Shown here piece after piece: positions 36,692 to 45,827 of a stretch of DNA of 55,261 bases (position 1 is its first letter; the number at the start of each line of letters is the position of its first letter). Position numbers and translations under genes: made by a program. A model generated the notes under the pieces. The model ran no database searches and was not told the origin of the DNA. It was given only the letters and a program-made list of their open reading frames with translations. The stretch comes from Candidatus Poseidoniales archaeon (GTDB lineage: Archaea > Thermoplasmatota > Poseidoniia > Poseidoniales > Thalassarchaeaceae): the NCBI GenBank assembly GCA_028821675.1, contig JAPKFG010000002.1:1-55261 (forward strand), given 5' to 3'.

Positions 36692-37861
36692 GTGGCAGAG
36701 GATTTCACAAGCCTGCTGATTGCCGTAGGTGTATTGCTCACCCCAGTCGTTCTTGCATTACCCTTGCGATTCTGGTGGTCCTATCGAGTGGGTAGTGAAC
36801 CAGAACACGTCCGTTATCGCCGTTGGGTGCGACAAGTGTTGGACGCAGGAGAGCCCCTCTCAATACGCCGTCAAGAATTGGATCATCTCGCCCGCGGATT
36901 ACCCATTGACACATCTCGTCAAGGCCGAATCGAAATGGATGTCCTGCACCCTCTGAAACTTCCTCATTTCATGCTGCTACCCGTCTTAATTCTCTCTCCC
37001 CTCGTTGGGCTCATCGGTGGCATCGTTTTCGTCCTCCTCTACCCACTGATTTTGGCAGCTGAATGGCTTCTCATCGATCGCGGCCTTCTCGCTAAAATCG
37101 TCAACATCGTCATGCGTGTAATGCATTGGGGTATGATTGGCATTCATCGTCTGGATAACGGGGTCCGTGATGAGGATGCCATGGTCGAACATATGCATAG
37201 ACTGCCGACAACTGCTTTCCTTGGTCTATTCTGCTATCTTATCGTGTCCTATATGCCCCTACCCACATGGGTCGGCATCATACTCACTATTCTCCTATTC
37301 CTGATATTGACGAGTGTAATCGTCATCGTCAAAGCAGCATCCCACGGCGAGCTGGTATTCGCTGACACCAGTCAAAGGCGTATGCAACCGATGGAACGCC
37401 TTGTCGATGACATCCTCGCACCAGTTGTGGGCTTGGGGCTGCTCTTCCTACTGAGTCGTCATCTGTTCCTGACTCAAATTGGTGCCAGCAACTCCATCTT
37501 CGCGGACCCGATCTGGTTTGCGGGAATCGTCCTAATTGTTCTGTACAGTGCTGCTGCTGTCGCTATAATGGTCGAAATCTCATTCTTTGGTCTACGCTCG
37601 GAACGCGTCCGAATGGTCTTCCAGAATCAAATTGTAGAGTTGCACGACCCGGTTCTCTATGCATTCACTCGAGAACATGACCGAATGGAATTGATACCCA
37701 TTTGTTCACTAAAAGAGCATCTGGAGTCCAACGGCGAGAACCTTGAGAAGAAGGATGAATTCAACTTCGAAGATATGTTGAGGACCCCTTCAACTCTCCG
37801 TGAGGGTGAAGATGCATTGCCCCCTGAGCAACCTGATTTCAAGGTCTTTAAGGGCGTGTGA
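36692..37861 (+). CDS. Hypothetical polytopic membrane protein
   Basis: 389 aa ORF with a GTG start and about 7 hydrophobic helices. The C-terminal ~70 aa are acidic and soluble. No family recognised. Confidence 0.55.
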   Translation: MAEDFTSLLIAVGVLLTPVVLALPLRFWWSYRVGSEPEHVRYRRWVRQVLDAGEPLSIRRQELDHLARGLPIDTSRQGRIEMDVLHPLKLPHFMLLPVLILSPLVGLIGGIVFVLLYPLILAAEWLLIDRGLLAKIVNIVMRVMHWGMIGIHRLDNGVRDEDAMVEHMHRLPTTAFLGLFCYLIVSYMPLPTWVGIILTILLFLILTSVIVIVKAASHGELVFADTSQRRMQPMERLVDDILAPVVGLGLLFLLSRHLFLTQIGASNSIFADPIWFAGIVLIVLYSAAAVAIMVEISFFGLRSERVRMVFQNQIVELHDPVLYAFTREHDRMELIPICSLKEHLESNGENLEKKDEFNFEDMLRTPSTLREGEDALPPEQPDFKVFKGV

Positions 37862-37872
37862 TTGACACAAAC

Positions 37873-38262
37873 TCAGCGGAATGATTTACCACAACTGCAT
37901 GCTTTCTGTGCATTGGGGTTAATCACTTTGAAACCCCCACCCATCAGACTGTTAACGAAATCTAGGGTGATTCCAGACAGTTGGACACTGTCTTTGTCGT
38001 GTACCGCGATGGTGACATCATCACAGGAGATGAATTGCCACCCGTCCTCTTCTGGACGGTTTTGAATCTGTAGATCGTACATGAATCCTGAACAGCCACC
38101 GCCGAGAACACTGACGACCAGAACATCACCCTCTTCCGAACTGTTCATGGCTCCTTCCATTGCATTCATGGCATCATCGGTAACATCGATTGTGACTGGG
38201 ACAACTTCCATGTCTTCACCCACAGGAAGCGCGAAAGTGGCCCCACAGTCCTCGTCCGACAT
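37873..38262 (-). CDS. HesB/IscA-family iron-sulfur cluster insertion protein
   Basis: GGGCSGFMYDL and the C-terminal CSCGKSF give the three-Cys IscA/ErpA signature. An acidic ~35 aa N-terminal extension is present. Confidence 0.88.
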   Translation of the reverse strand: MSDEDCGATFALPVGEDMEVVPVTIDVTDDAMNAMEGAMNSSEEGDVLVVSVLGGGCSGFMYDLQIQNRPEEDGWQFISCDDVTIAVHDKDSVQLSGITLDFVNSLMGGGFKVINPNAQKACSCGKSFR

Positions 38263-38281
38263 AGTACACCCTATATGCGGT

Positions 38282-40552
38282 CTAATTTGAATCCTTGTGA
38301 AGTTTGAGACTCACTTCGACGCACTTTGAGGTCGGTGTATTGCTGCCTTTTGCCACCGAATCAAGAGGGACCAACACATTTGCTTCAGGGAAATATGCAG
38401 CGAGGTTGCCTTTTGGGATATCGTAAGGTACAACCTTCCATTTTTCCGCGTGTATTTCTCTGCCCTCATGGTGACTGGTTAGGTCTACTTCATCCATGGG
38501 CGCCAATCCATGTATGTCCATGTCATCCCGGTTCATCATGATAATCCGACGAGAATTGTAGATTCCTCGATATCGATCATCCATCCCGTATATGGTGGTA
38601 TTATACTGGTCGTGGCTGCGTACAGTCATCAAAATGAATCGATCATCAGAGATTGTTTTTACCATGAGTTCGTGTGAATGGAAGATTGCTTTACCCGATG
38701 GTGTATCCCATGTCGGCCCGTCGCGTGGGCCATTTGGAAGATAAAATCCACCCTTCTCGCGAACTCGTTCATTGTAATCGTTGAACCCTGGAATTACAGA
38801 TTCGATTAATTCTCTAGTCACATCATGATTGTTAGTGAAACCGCTCCAGTCAAACGGCACGTCTCCAAAGCAGGCTCTGCCAATCGCACAGATAATCGCC
38901 GGTTCACTGAGTAGTTCAGGGGATGCTGGAGTGAGTTTTCCCGTTGAAGAATGGACAACCCCCATAGAGTTCTCTACAGTCACAAAACCTGCGGGGTCAT
39001 GCTCTGTACGGCCCAAACAAGGCAAGATTAGCGCTTCTTTGCCGGTGACGAGATGGCTTCGATTCAATTTTGTAGAAATCTGCACCGTCAAATCGATTTC
39101 ACGCAAACCTTTGGCTACTTCTTCTGTATCGGACATGGCAGAGTGAATATTTCCTCCTAAGGCCATGAATAGTCTAACTTTCTGATCCCGTGCTGCTCGA
39201 ACGAATTCTACTGTATCGTATCCAGGCTGACGGGGCATCGAAATCCCCGTTTCACGTTCACACGCATCAAGGAATGAATTTGAGGGCTGATGATTGATTC
39301 CAACCGTTCGGTCGCCTTGCACATTTGAGTGGCCCCTGACTGGACATGCTCCGGCCCCTGATTTTCCAAAGTGACCTCCTGCGAGGAGAATATTGCAGGC
39401 TTCTTGTATCGTGGCGACTGCATTTTCATGCTGCGTTATCCCCATCGCCCAACAAATAATCAATCGTTTGGAATTTGATATTGCCTTTCCCAGTGTTTCA
39501 ATTCGGTGGCGTTGAATTCCACTCTGATTAACAATTTCATCCCATGAGGTTGAAGCAATCTGTAATTTCCATTCCTCAAATCCTAGAGTTTGCTCGTCAA
39601 TGAAATTCCAATCTAGCCCCCCTTCATCAAGTATTACCTTAGCGATACCTTGCAATAGGGCTTGATCGCCCCCGATTCTGACTGGAAAATGGTCGTCTGC
39701 AATCGGTGTTCCTTTCCCTAACAGTCGAATGACTTCTTGTGGATGCTTGAATCTGTTCAGTCCGGTTTCCATCAATGGATTGATACTAATGACTGACCCG
39801 CCGTTCCGTTTTGTTTCTGCAAGAGCGGACAACATTCTCGGGTGATTCGTCCCAGGATTTTGACCAATGACAAGAACCAAGTCTGCCGCATTGAAACAAT
39901 CGAGTTTAACCGTGCCCTTTCCGATTCCAATAGCTGCAGATAATCCTACTCCACTCGATTCATGGCACATATTGCTGCAATCTGGCAGGTTATTCGTACC
40001 AATCTGCCGGGCCAAGGTACCCCAAAGAAATGCCGCTTCGTTCGATGCACGACCCGATGTGTATAGCACAGCTTCATTCGCATTGTTCAGATTGGAAGCC
40101 GCTGAGGATATTGATGCAAACGCATCCTCCCATGTCAGTTGCTCATATCGGTCAGAACCATTGCGAAGAATCATGGGGTGAGTGATTCGACCCAGTTTGT
40201 CCAGTTCCATGTCCGAATAATTGGACCATTCCTGCACTGTTTTCGATGCCAATAATGCCGGAGTCAGACGTTTTTTTGTCGCCTCTGTTGCGAATGCCTT
40301 GGCTCCATTCTCGCAGAATTCAAATCTGGAACGATGACCATCTGGATCTGGCCATGCACATCCCGGGCAATCATATCCATCGAAACGATTGACCGTTCGC
40401 ATGGCCTTAATGGTGCGAGAGATTCCCGCTTCAGCAAATCCGATGCGGAAGGATTTCGTCACTCCTTGAATTCCCGCAGCTACTCTTTTTGGTTTTCGAA
40501 TTTTCAGTTTTTCAGCCTTTATGGGAGTTTGTGCGTTGACATCCTTGCGCAT
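38282..40552 (-). CDS. Molybdopterin oxidoreductase, FdhF/YdeP-like alpha subunit family
   Basis: GYDCPGCAWPDP...FEFCENGAKA is the N-terminal signature of the YdeP/Fdh-alpha-like family. It is followed by typical MopB blocks (LVIGQNPGTNHPR, CWAMGITQH, HSNVQGDR) and a C-terminal MGD-binding barrel. The start is set at MRKDV (40552), because the track start 40630 overlaps fdhD. There is no in-frame TGA, so no selenocysteine. Confidence 0.82.
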   Translation of the reverse strand: MRKDVNAQTPIKAEKLKIRKPKRVAAGIQGVTKSFRIGFAEAGISRTIKAMRTVNRFDGYDCPGCAWPDPDGHRSRFEFCENGAKAFATEATKKRLTPALLASKTVQEWSNYSDMELDKLGRITHPMILRNGSDRYEQLTWEDAFASISSAASNLNNANEAVLYTSGRASNEAAFLWGTLARQIGTNNLPDCSNMCHESSGVGLSAAIGIGKGTVKLDCFNAADLVLVIGQNPGTNHPRMLSALAETKRNGGSVISINPLMETGLNRFKHPQEVIRLLGKGTPIADDHFPVRIGGDQALLQGIAKVILDEGGLDWNFIDEQTLGFEEWKLQIASTSWDEIVNQSGIQRHRIETLGKAISNSKRLIICWAMGITQHENAVATIQEACNILLAGGHFGKSGAGACPVRGHSNVQGDRTVGINHQPSNSFLDACERETGISMPRQPGYDTVEFVRAARDQKVRLFMALGGNIHSAMSDTEEVAKGLREIDLTVQISTKLNRSHLVTGKEALILPCLGRTEHDPAGFVTVENSMGVVHSSTGKLTPASPELLSEPAIICAIGRACFGDVPFDWSGFTNNHDVTRELIESVIPGFNDYNERVREKGGFYLPNGPRDGPTWDTPSGKAIFHSHELMVKTISDDRFILMTVRSHDQYNTTIYGMDDRYRGIYNSRRIIMMNRDDMDIHGLAPMDEVDLTSHHEGREIHAEKWKVVPYDIPKGNLAAYFPEANVLVPLDSVAKGSNTPTSKCVEVSLKLHKDSN

Positions 40553-40568
40553 ACCCCTTCCCCCTAAC

Positions 40569-41363
40569 TCAATTCTTGAGGCGCCACGCACCGGTGTACA
40601 CATTGAATCGCGATTCTCTGGCAAAACCAACTAGTGTAATTCCATGTTGTCGTGCAAGTTCGATGGCCAGAGTCGTCGGTGCTCCGATTGCCACGATACA
40701 GGGTGAACCGGCCATGACCGCTTTCTGCACCATTTCAAATGATACTCGCCCGCTCAAAAGGAATCCAAGATTGGAGAGTGGTAATTGTTCAATTGAACGC
40801 CCGATGATCTTGTCCATTGCATTATGGCGCCCAACATCTTCAGCGAGGTCTGTTATGGCCGAATGTTCGTTGAATATTGCGACCGCATGGACACCTCCAG
40901 TGGAATCGAAGAGTGATTGTTCAGAACGAAGCTGATTCAACAACGTTTCTATCGTAGTGGTATCAATCATAAATCCATCTGGTGATATTGCAGGTGGGTG
41001 TCGTGCCATTATTGCATCCAAGGAGGCTCTTCCACAAACACCGCATGAACTTGAACGCACAAATCCTCGTGTGTGTCCATCGATTGTAATTTGACCCTCG
41101 ATGAGAACAACATTATCATCTACGATTATGGACTCGACATCGACAATGTTGTCGAGTATTCCTTCTGTATATAGCAGGCCGAGTGCCAACTCTCGATCAT
41201 GCCCGGGTGTACGCATGGTGGTGACCCACGGTTGGCCATTGACATGAATCTCAAGAGGCTCTTCTACGGCGACACTTTCTTCCCGTGGTAATGCCCCCTC
41301 GAACGTGACCCGTTGAGCAGCAACACGGTCTTCCATGCACACCCGTGTGGGGTGACGATTCAT
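40569..41363 (-). CDS. fdhD: Formate dehydrogenase accessory sulfurtransferase FdhD
   Basis: SSSCGVCGRASLD active-site Cys loop, TGGVHA, EDVGRHNAMDK and LLSGRVSFEMVQKA are the FdhD family pattern. Confidence 0.9.
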   Translation of the reverse strand: MNRHPTRVCMEDRVAAQRVTFEGALPREESVAVEEPLEIHVNGQPWVTTMRTPGHDRELALGLLYTEGILDNIVDVESIIVDDNVVLIEGQITIDGHTRGFVRSSSCGVCGRASLDAIMARHPPAISPDGFMIDTTTIETLLNQLRSEQSLFDSTGGVHAVAIFNEHSAITDLAEDVGRHNAMDKIIGRSIEQLPLSNLGFLLSGRVSFEMVQKAVMAGSPCIVAIGAPTTLAIELARQHGITLVGFARESRFNVYTGAWRLKN

Positions 41364-41399
41364 GGCCCTGTCGGCCCACAGATATTTTACCTTACGAAA

Positions 41400-41849
41400 T
41401 TATTCGACATTGATGACTGTGACTGGAATGTCCATTCCTTCTGCCATTTCTATAATTACATGTGTCCACTTACTGGTGGGTGAAGGGAAAGCTAGAACGT
41501 GCGTGGCCGCATCAAGCAGTTGATTTGTCAATGATGTCGGTGCCTCACCTCTTCCATCATCCTCTAGTCCAGTTCGAGGTGCGTTCCACTCCTCTGTAAA
41601 TACAGCATATTCGACGTTGTGATTGTCCGCCCACCGTTCTGCTAGGTAATCCACTCCACTGGCACCGCCTGTAATGACTAGGTCGGGGTGCGCTTCTTCT
41701 GAGGTCCACTGATCCATGGCATCTTCGACCACACCGTAATCATAGAATCGACTAGAACCAACTACAACCAAGTTGATGATTCGCCCATCTTGATTCAAAT
41801 CTATTCCACCGAGCCGACCTATTACGTCACTGCCCGCCTCATTCTCCAT
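41400..41849 (-). CDS. DUF2493 / SLOG-fold (DprA-LOG-like) protein
   Basis: LVVVGSSRFYDY, DLVITGGASGVDYLAERWADNHNV and FTEEWN, then VLAFPSPTSKWTHVIIEMAEGMDIPV. This is the GGA-x-G-x-D pattern and topology of DUF2493. Confidence 0.65.
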   Translation of the reverse strand: MENEAGSDVIGRLGGIDLNQDGRIINLVVVGSSRFYDYGVVEDAMDQWTSEEAHPDLVITGGASGVDYLAERWADNHNVEYAVFTEEWNAPRTGLEDDGRGEAPTSLTNQLLDAATHVLAFPSPTSKWTHVIIEMAEGMDIPVTVINVE

Positions 41850-41921
41850 AAATCCGAATAGAGGTATCTGGGCATAAACCCATGCATTGATGAAAAATTC
41901 AGAAAATGAGGGGTTGTAAAC

Positions 41922-44228
41922 TCAAGCGGCGCGTTTATTCTGTTCCTTCAAGAGTAACTTGCAACGCCGAATCTGCTCTTTGGCCCGCTTTTTGTTTTCT
42001 CCCTTGAGGGATTCACCAACATCCTTACCCATCGACTGATTGAAGCAATGAATCGCATTGTCATACGATTCAAGTTCAGCGTATGCAGTACCCATGTTAT
42101 ACAGTGCATTTCCGGTGGTTAATCCCTTGTCTATTCCAAACGCCTTGTAGTAATTCTCGATGGCTTCTTTGAATTGGTTGAGATAATAGAAACAGTTCCC
42201 TCGTCCATTCAGAATTTTGATTGCCATTCCTTTGTCATCCTTGAATGAAGGAAGGGCTCGGTCAAAACAGGATAGCGCCTCCTTATACCGATCCTTATTG
42301 AGCAACTCAATGCCTTTGTTGTACCACTCGATATCCTGATTTGCGACACTGGATGAGTCCGCTTGAACCTCATACACAGTCCTGATTCCTGCATGGGCTT
42401 CTAGGGCTGCTGCGGCAAGATCCACCTCTTCACTCACGGACCCATACGTAATCCGTTCAGGTTCCTGCACGGTGTCGAGTGCAGCCTCGTGTGCCATGAT
42501 TTCTTCAGTCGAAATCTGTGGTTCTACGACCTCCACTTCATCAGATTCAGGACGTGAAAATGCAGCCCATGGGTCCACCTCATCCGCCACTTCTTGCGCC
42601 GATGGTTCAGTGACCGGGGCTGATTCCGGTTCGGGAAGTGATTCTACTGCTTCAGCAACTTCAGTCACCGGCTCTGCAACATCCGCGCCCAACCCACGTG
42701 CTTTTTCACGACACGCTGCCGCTTTATCCTCGCTTCCAGCAGCGCTCAGTGAGCGAGCAAGACCCAGCCATAGTGTGGAATCATCCTTGTCATTCTCAAG
42801 TAACCCCTTCCAGATTGTGACCGCTTCAGCATGCTCACCAGCAATTGTGTTCGCGCGAGCACGAAGCCTATGTTCTGATTCTGGTAGGTATCGTAGTGCT
42901 TCCACGGCCATATCTGGGCCGGCTGGTAGTGTAGTTGGTAGTGTGGCATCCAGTTCAAGGACACGCCCCTCGCCCTCAGCAAGATCAATGAGCAACTCGG
43001 CGAAGGTAAGGCCCGCCTCGTGAGATGGATCGAGGGATAGTAGAGACCTGAAGCCATTCATAGCCAATTCAATTTGTCCCATTTCCATCGCGGCAAGCGC
43101 AATTCCGTTGGCTGCTTTGACGTAATTGTGATCACGATCGAACGCGTTTTGGAAACAGGATAATGCACCCGCGATGTCTTCACCACGTCGTTTCAATGCT
43201 CCAAGATTGTACCACGTCGATGCATGTTCTGGCTCTAGATCAAGTGCATATTCAAAGGCATTAATCGCAGCGTCCGCCAGTTCAAGCCTTGCCATAGCGC
43301 CAGCGGCAACTCTCCAGCATGGGGCATGTTCTGCCGCTGCTTCTGGTAGGTGTGCTCTGAGCATTTCAAGTGCTCCAGCAGGATCACCTGTTCGAATCAT
43401 TGCAGTGGCAGCATCAGCCAATCCATCTAGATCCACTCCACCCTGAATCGGAGTTGACTCAGGTATAATTTCAGTTTCTACAGCAGCATGATGGGATTCT
43501 AAGGATTTCACAAGACCTTGGGGTTCAGCCCAAGTCTGCTCAGGTTCCGATTCTTGCATTTCAACCTCGACCTCGTCTTCAATTTCTGGCTCATCTATGA
43601 CGATGGGTGTGACGGGAACCACAGCTCCCGCAGAATTTACAATCTCAAGAAGCGCGGGGTGGCCAGGAAAAGCAATCAACCCATTTTGAGCATGTATTAC
43701 CGCGTCACCAGGATGCCCCATCCGTTGTAGGAGAACCGCTAGATTTGCACTTGCTGCTCCATGACTAGGATTGTTATCTAGAGCGATTCTAAATGCCTTG
43801 ACTGCATCTTGAACATCACCAGTGGCCTCACTCATCACACCTCGGTTGAACCACGCCATGTGGTCATTTGGATCCATCGAAATGGCTTGATTGAACATCT
43901 TTAGAGCATCTTCATGTCGTCCTTCAATTCCCAACATTTCTCCCTGCTGTACAAGGTCTTGCACCGTCATCTCCTGAGGTTCATTACGAGAAATTTCAGG
44001 GACTTCGTCTGATGATAGATGGACTTGGTTTTCTGTTGCAGGCGGAGTGTATGTTGGCACGGCGATATTGTCTATCGTTGTCGTACCTGAATTGGCCGTC
44101 GACTCACTCACAGAGGAGGGTTTTGGTGCTATGCCAAAAAGAGGACCTGAGCAGTCGGGACAGGTGGCTTCTGCACCCACTAACCCCACTTCACAGTGGG
44201 GGCATACTTCGTGTCCGTGCTCTGGCAT
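41922..44228 (-). CDS. TPR-repeat protein with an N-terminal zinc ribbon
   Basis: CPHC-x11-CPDC at the N-terminus. Many 34-residue TPR units are present (e.g. AWFNRGVMSEATGDVQDAVKAFRIALDNNP; ALYNMGTAYAELESYDNAIHCFNQS), separated by acidic linkers. Confidence 0.8.
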   Translation of the reverse strand: MPEHGHEVCPHCEVGLVGAEATCPDCSGPLFGIAPKPSSVSESTANSGTTTIDNIAVPTYTPPATENQVHLSSDEVPEISRNEPQEMTVQDLVQQGEMLGIEGRHEDALKMFNQAISMDPNDHMAWFNRGVMSEATGDVQDAVKAFRIALDNNPSHGAASANLAVLLQRMGHPGDAVIHAQNGLIAFPGHPALLEIVNSAGAVVPVTPIVIDEPEIEDEVEVEMQESEPEQTWAEPQGLVKSLESHHAAVETEIIPESTPIQGGVDLDGLADAATAMIRTGDPAGALEMLRAHLPEAAAEHAPCWRVAAGAMARLELADAAINAFEYALDLEPEHASTWYNLGALKRRGEDIAGALSCFQNAFDRDHNYVKAANGIALAAMEMGQIELAMNGFRSLLSLDPSHEAGLTFAELLIDLAEGEGRVLELDATLPTTLPAGPDMAVEALRYLPESEHRLRARANTIAGEHAEAVTIWKGLLENDKDDSTLWLGLARSLSAAGSEDKAAACREKARGLGADVAEPVTEVAEAVESLPEPESAPVTEPSAQEVADEVDPWAAFSRPESDEVEVVEPQISTEEIMAHEAALDTVQEPERITYGSVSEEVDLAAAALEAHAGIRTVYEVQADSSSVANQDIEWYNKGIELLNKDRYKEALSCFDRALPSFKDDKGMAIKILNGRGNCFYYLNQFKEAIENYYKAFGIDKGLTTGNALYNMGTAYAELESYDNAIHCFNQSMGKDVGESLKGENKKRAKEQIRRCKLLLKEQNKRAA

Positions 44229-44347
44229 GGGTGCGACCTATATTCTGACGCTCGCGTTCTACGCATAAGCATTCGCTGTATTCGGTTGCGACCAAAGGGT
44301 CGATTGATGCGGCACAAGTTCAAGAATCCACCACCACTCGCAGTAAC

Positions 44348-44851
44348 ATGGCTCGCTTTCTGATGATTACAGCAACATCTGGCACCAATCGTGAACTTGC
44401 AGATATTTTCGCTTCTACAGCGATTGCAAAGGGACATGATGCGAACGTTGTCGATCTAGTAGAAATGGACCTACCAATGTTCACCGTGGCCCGCTCTGAG
44501 GACCCAGAAGAAACTCCTGATATTTCCGCGTTGGTTTCTGCAATGTCACAGGCTGATGCATGGGTCGTCATTGCTCCCGAATACAATGGGTCAATCCCAC
44601 CTACGTTGAACAATGCCCTTGCTTGGCTGTCCACGACAATGGATTGGCAGAGTTTTCGCGCCCTGTGTACGGGGAAGCCGGTTGGTTTGGCCACTCACAG
44701 TGGTGGTGGCGGAGCACATGTCATTATGGCCATGCGTCAGCAATTTTCCTACATCGGTGCGGATGTCATCGGTCGTGCCTGTATGTCGGGTCGCGATAAA
44801 GAAGCCAATCCCGAAACCATTGATGCGATGATTGATAATTTGGCTCGCTGA
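44348..44851 (+). CDS. NAD(P)H-dependent FMN reductase family flavoprotein
   Basis: FLMITATSGTN, ADAWVVIAPEYNGSIPPTLNNALAWLS and GKPVGLATHSGGGG form the FMN_red pattern. Confidence 0.8.
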   Translation: MARFLMITATSGTNRELADIFASTAIAKGHDANVVDLVEMDLPMFTVARSEDPEETPDISALVSAMSQADAWVVIAPEYNGSIPPTLNNALAWLSTTMDWQSFRALCTGKPVGLATHSGGGGAHVIMAMRQQFSYIGADVIGRACMSGRDKEANPETIDAMIDNLAR

Positions 44852-45827
44852 CATTCTTTGGTCGGTGAATCATTTGAGTGCAAACACGGACTTCAAATCC
44901 TTCGTATTCATTCTTGGCATTTCTATGTTGATTATCCTCTCCTCAATTGGTGTATTCCATCAGGATCGGTTGCCAGGAGAACCATGCAATGGGTCACCCG
45001 ATAATTGTGACAAAGCGTACACAGATGTGACCTATCCTGAGACACACAATTCCCATTCATCATTGGATGAAAATTACAACTACTTGGCCGCCAATCATCG
45101 ACTGAATCTAAGTCAGCAGTGGGATGCCGGATATCGCGCCTTCATGCTCGACATACACCACTCAAGATATTCTGAATCACTTGATAATACCTCATTCTGT
45201 CACGGTGAATGCGTCTTAGGGAGTCAGGATGCTGTTGAACTGCTATCTCTGCTTCACCAGAAGATGAACTCATCGACGAGAGATGTGGTGACCATACTCT
45301 TCGAAATCTACGTACCCTATTCACATATTGAGTACATCCTCAATATGAGCGGACTCATCGACAAGGTCCACATTCAGACATTGGGTGAACATTGGCCCAC
45401 TATCGGCTCAATGGTAGATAGTCAACGAAACCTCGTTGTTTTCATCGAAGGTGATTTTGATGCACAGTATCCATATCTGCATAATTTCGTCGAACACGGA
45501 TGGACCACAAATTACGGTGAAGGTAACCCCGAGGACATGACATGTGATGTTCACAGAGGTGATTCGACTCAACCTGTATGGCATATGAACAATTGGCTGT
45601 CTGTCGAAAGGGGCACTTCAGATTGGACACGAGCTCCGGTGGTTAACGACTATGATTTCCTCCTCAATCGCTCACTTGATTGCTGGGAATACCACGGAAC
45701 TCGACCTACGTTCGTAGCTGTTGATTGGTGGACAGATGGTGACGCCGTCAATGTCACCCGTACATTGAATGAGATGAATCACTGGTCCGACGAGGTTCCC
45801 TTGCGCGCCACCACCGATTCTAGATGA
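44832..45827 (+). CDS. Membrane-anchored PLC-like phosphodiesterase (PI-PLC X-domain family)
   Basis: N-terminal helix FVFILGISMLIILSSIGVF. The catalytic-region pattern YPETHNSHS...NHRLNLSQQWDAGYRAFMLDIHH...FCHGEC....AVELLSLLHQKM...DVVTILFEIYV parallels the TTHNSF...NQ.D.I..QL..GVRGLMLD.Y...CH..C layout of PI-PLC X-domain proteins. It overlaps the upstream reductase gene by 20 nt. Confidence 0.65.
   Translation: MIIWLADILWSVNHLSANTDFKSFVFILGISMLIILSSIGVFHQDRLPGEPCNGSPDNCDKAYTDVTYPETHNSHSSLDENYNYLAANHRLNLSQQWDAGYRAFMLDIHHSRYSESLDNTSFCHGECVLGSQDAVELLSLLHQKMNSSTRDVVTILFEIYVPYSHIEYILNMSGLIDKVHIQTLGEHWPTIGSMVDSQRNLVVFIEGDFDAQYPYLHNFVEHGWTTNYGEGNPEDMTCDVHRGDSTQPVWHMNNWLSVERGTSDWTRAPVVNDYDFLLNRSLDCWEYHGTRPTFVAVDWWTDGDAVNVTRTLNEMNHWSDEVPLRATTDSR

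Noticed and set aside
38282-40552. Possible selenocysteine (in-frame TGA) in the formate-dehydrogenase-like molybdoenzyme
   Set aside because: The frame is continuous for 756-782 codons with no internal stop, so a Sec-decoding event is not indicated.
41886-41915. Possible C/D box sRNA (TGATGA near 41889) in the DUF2493 / TPR spacer
   Set aside because: Only a C-box-like UGAUGA is present. I saw no D box (CUGA) at the right distance and no terminal stem, so it is most likely chance.
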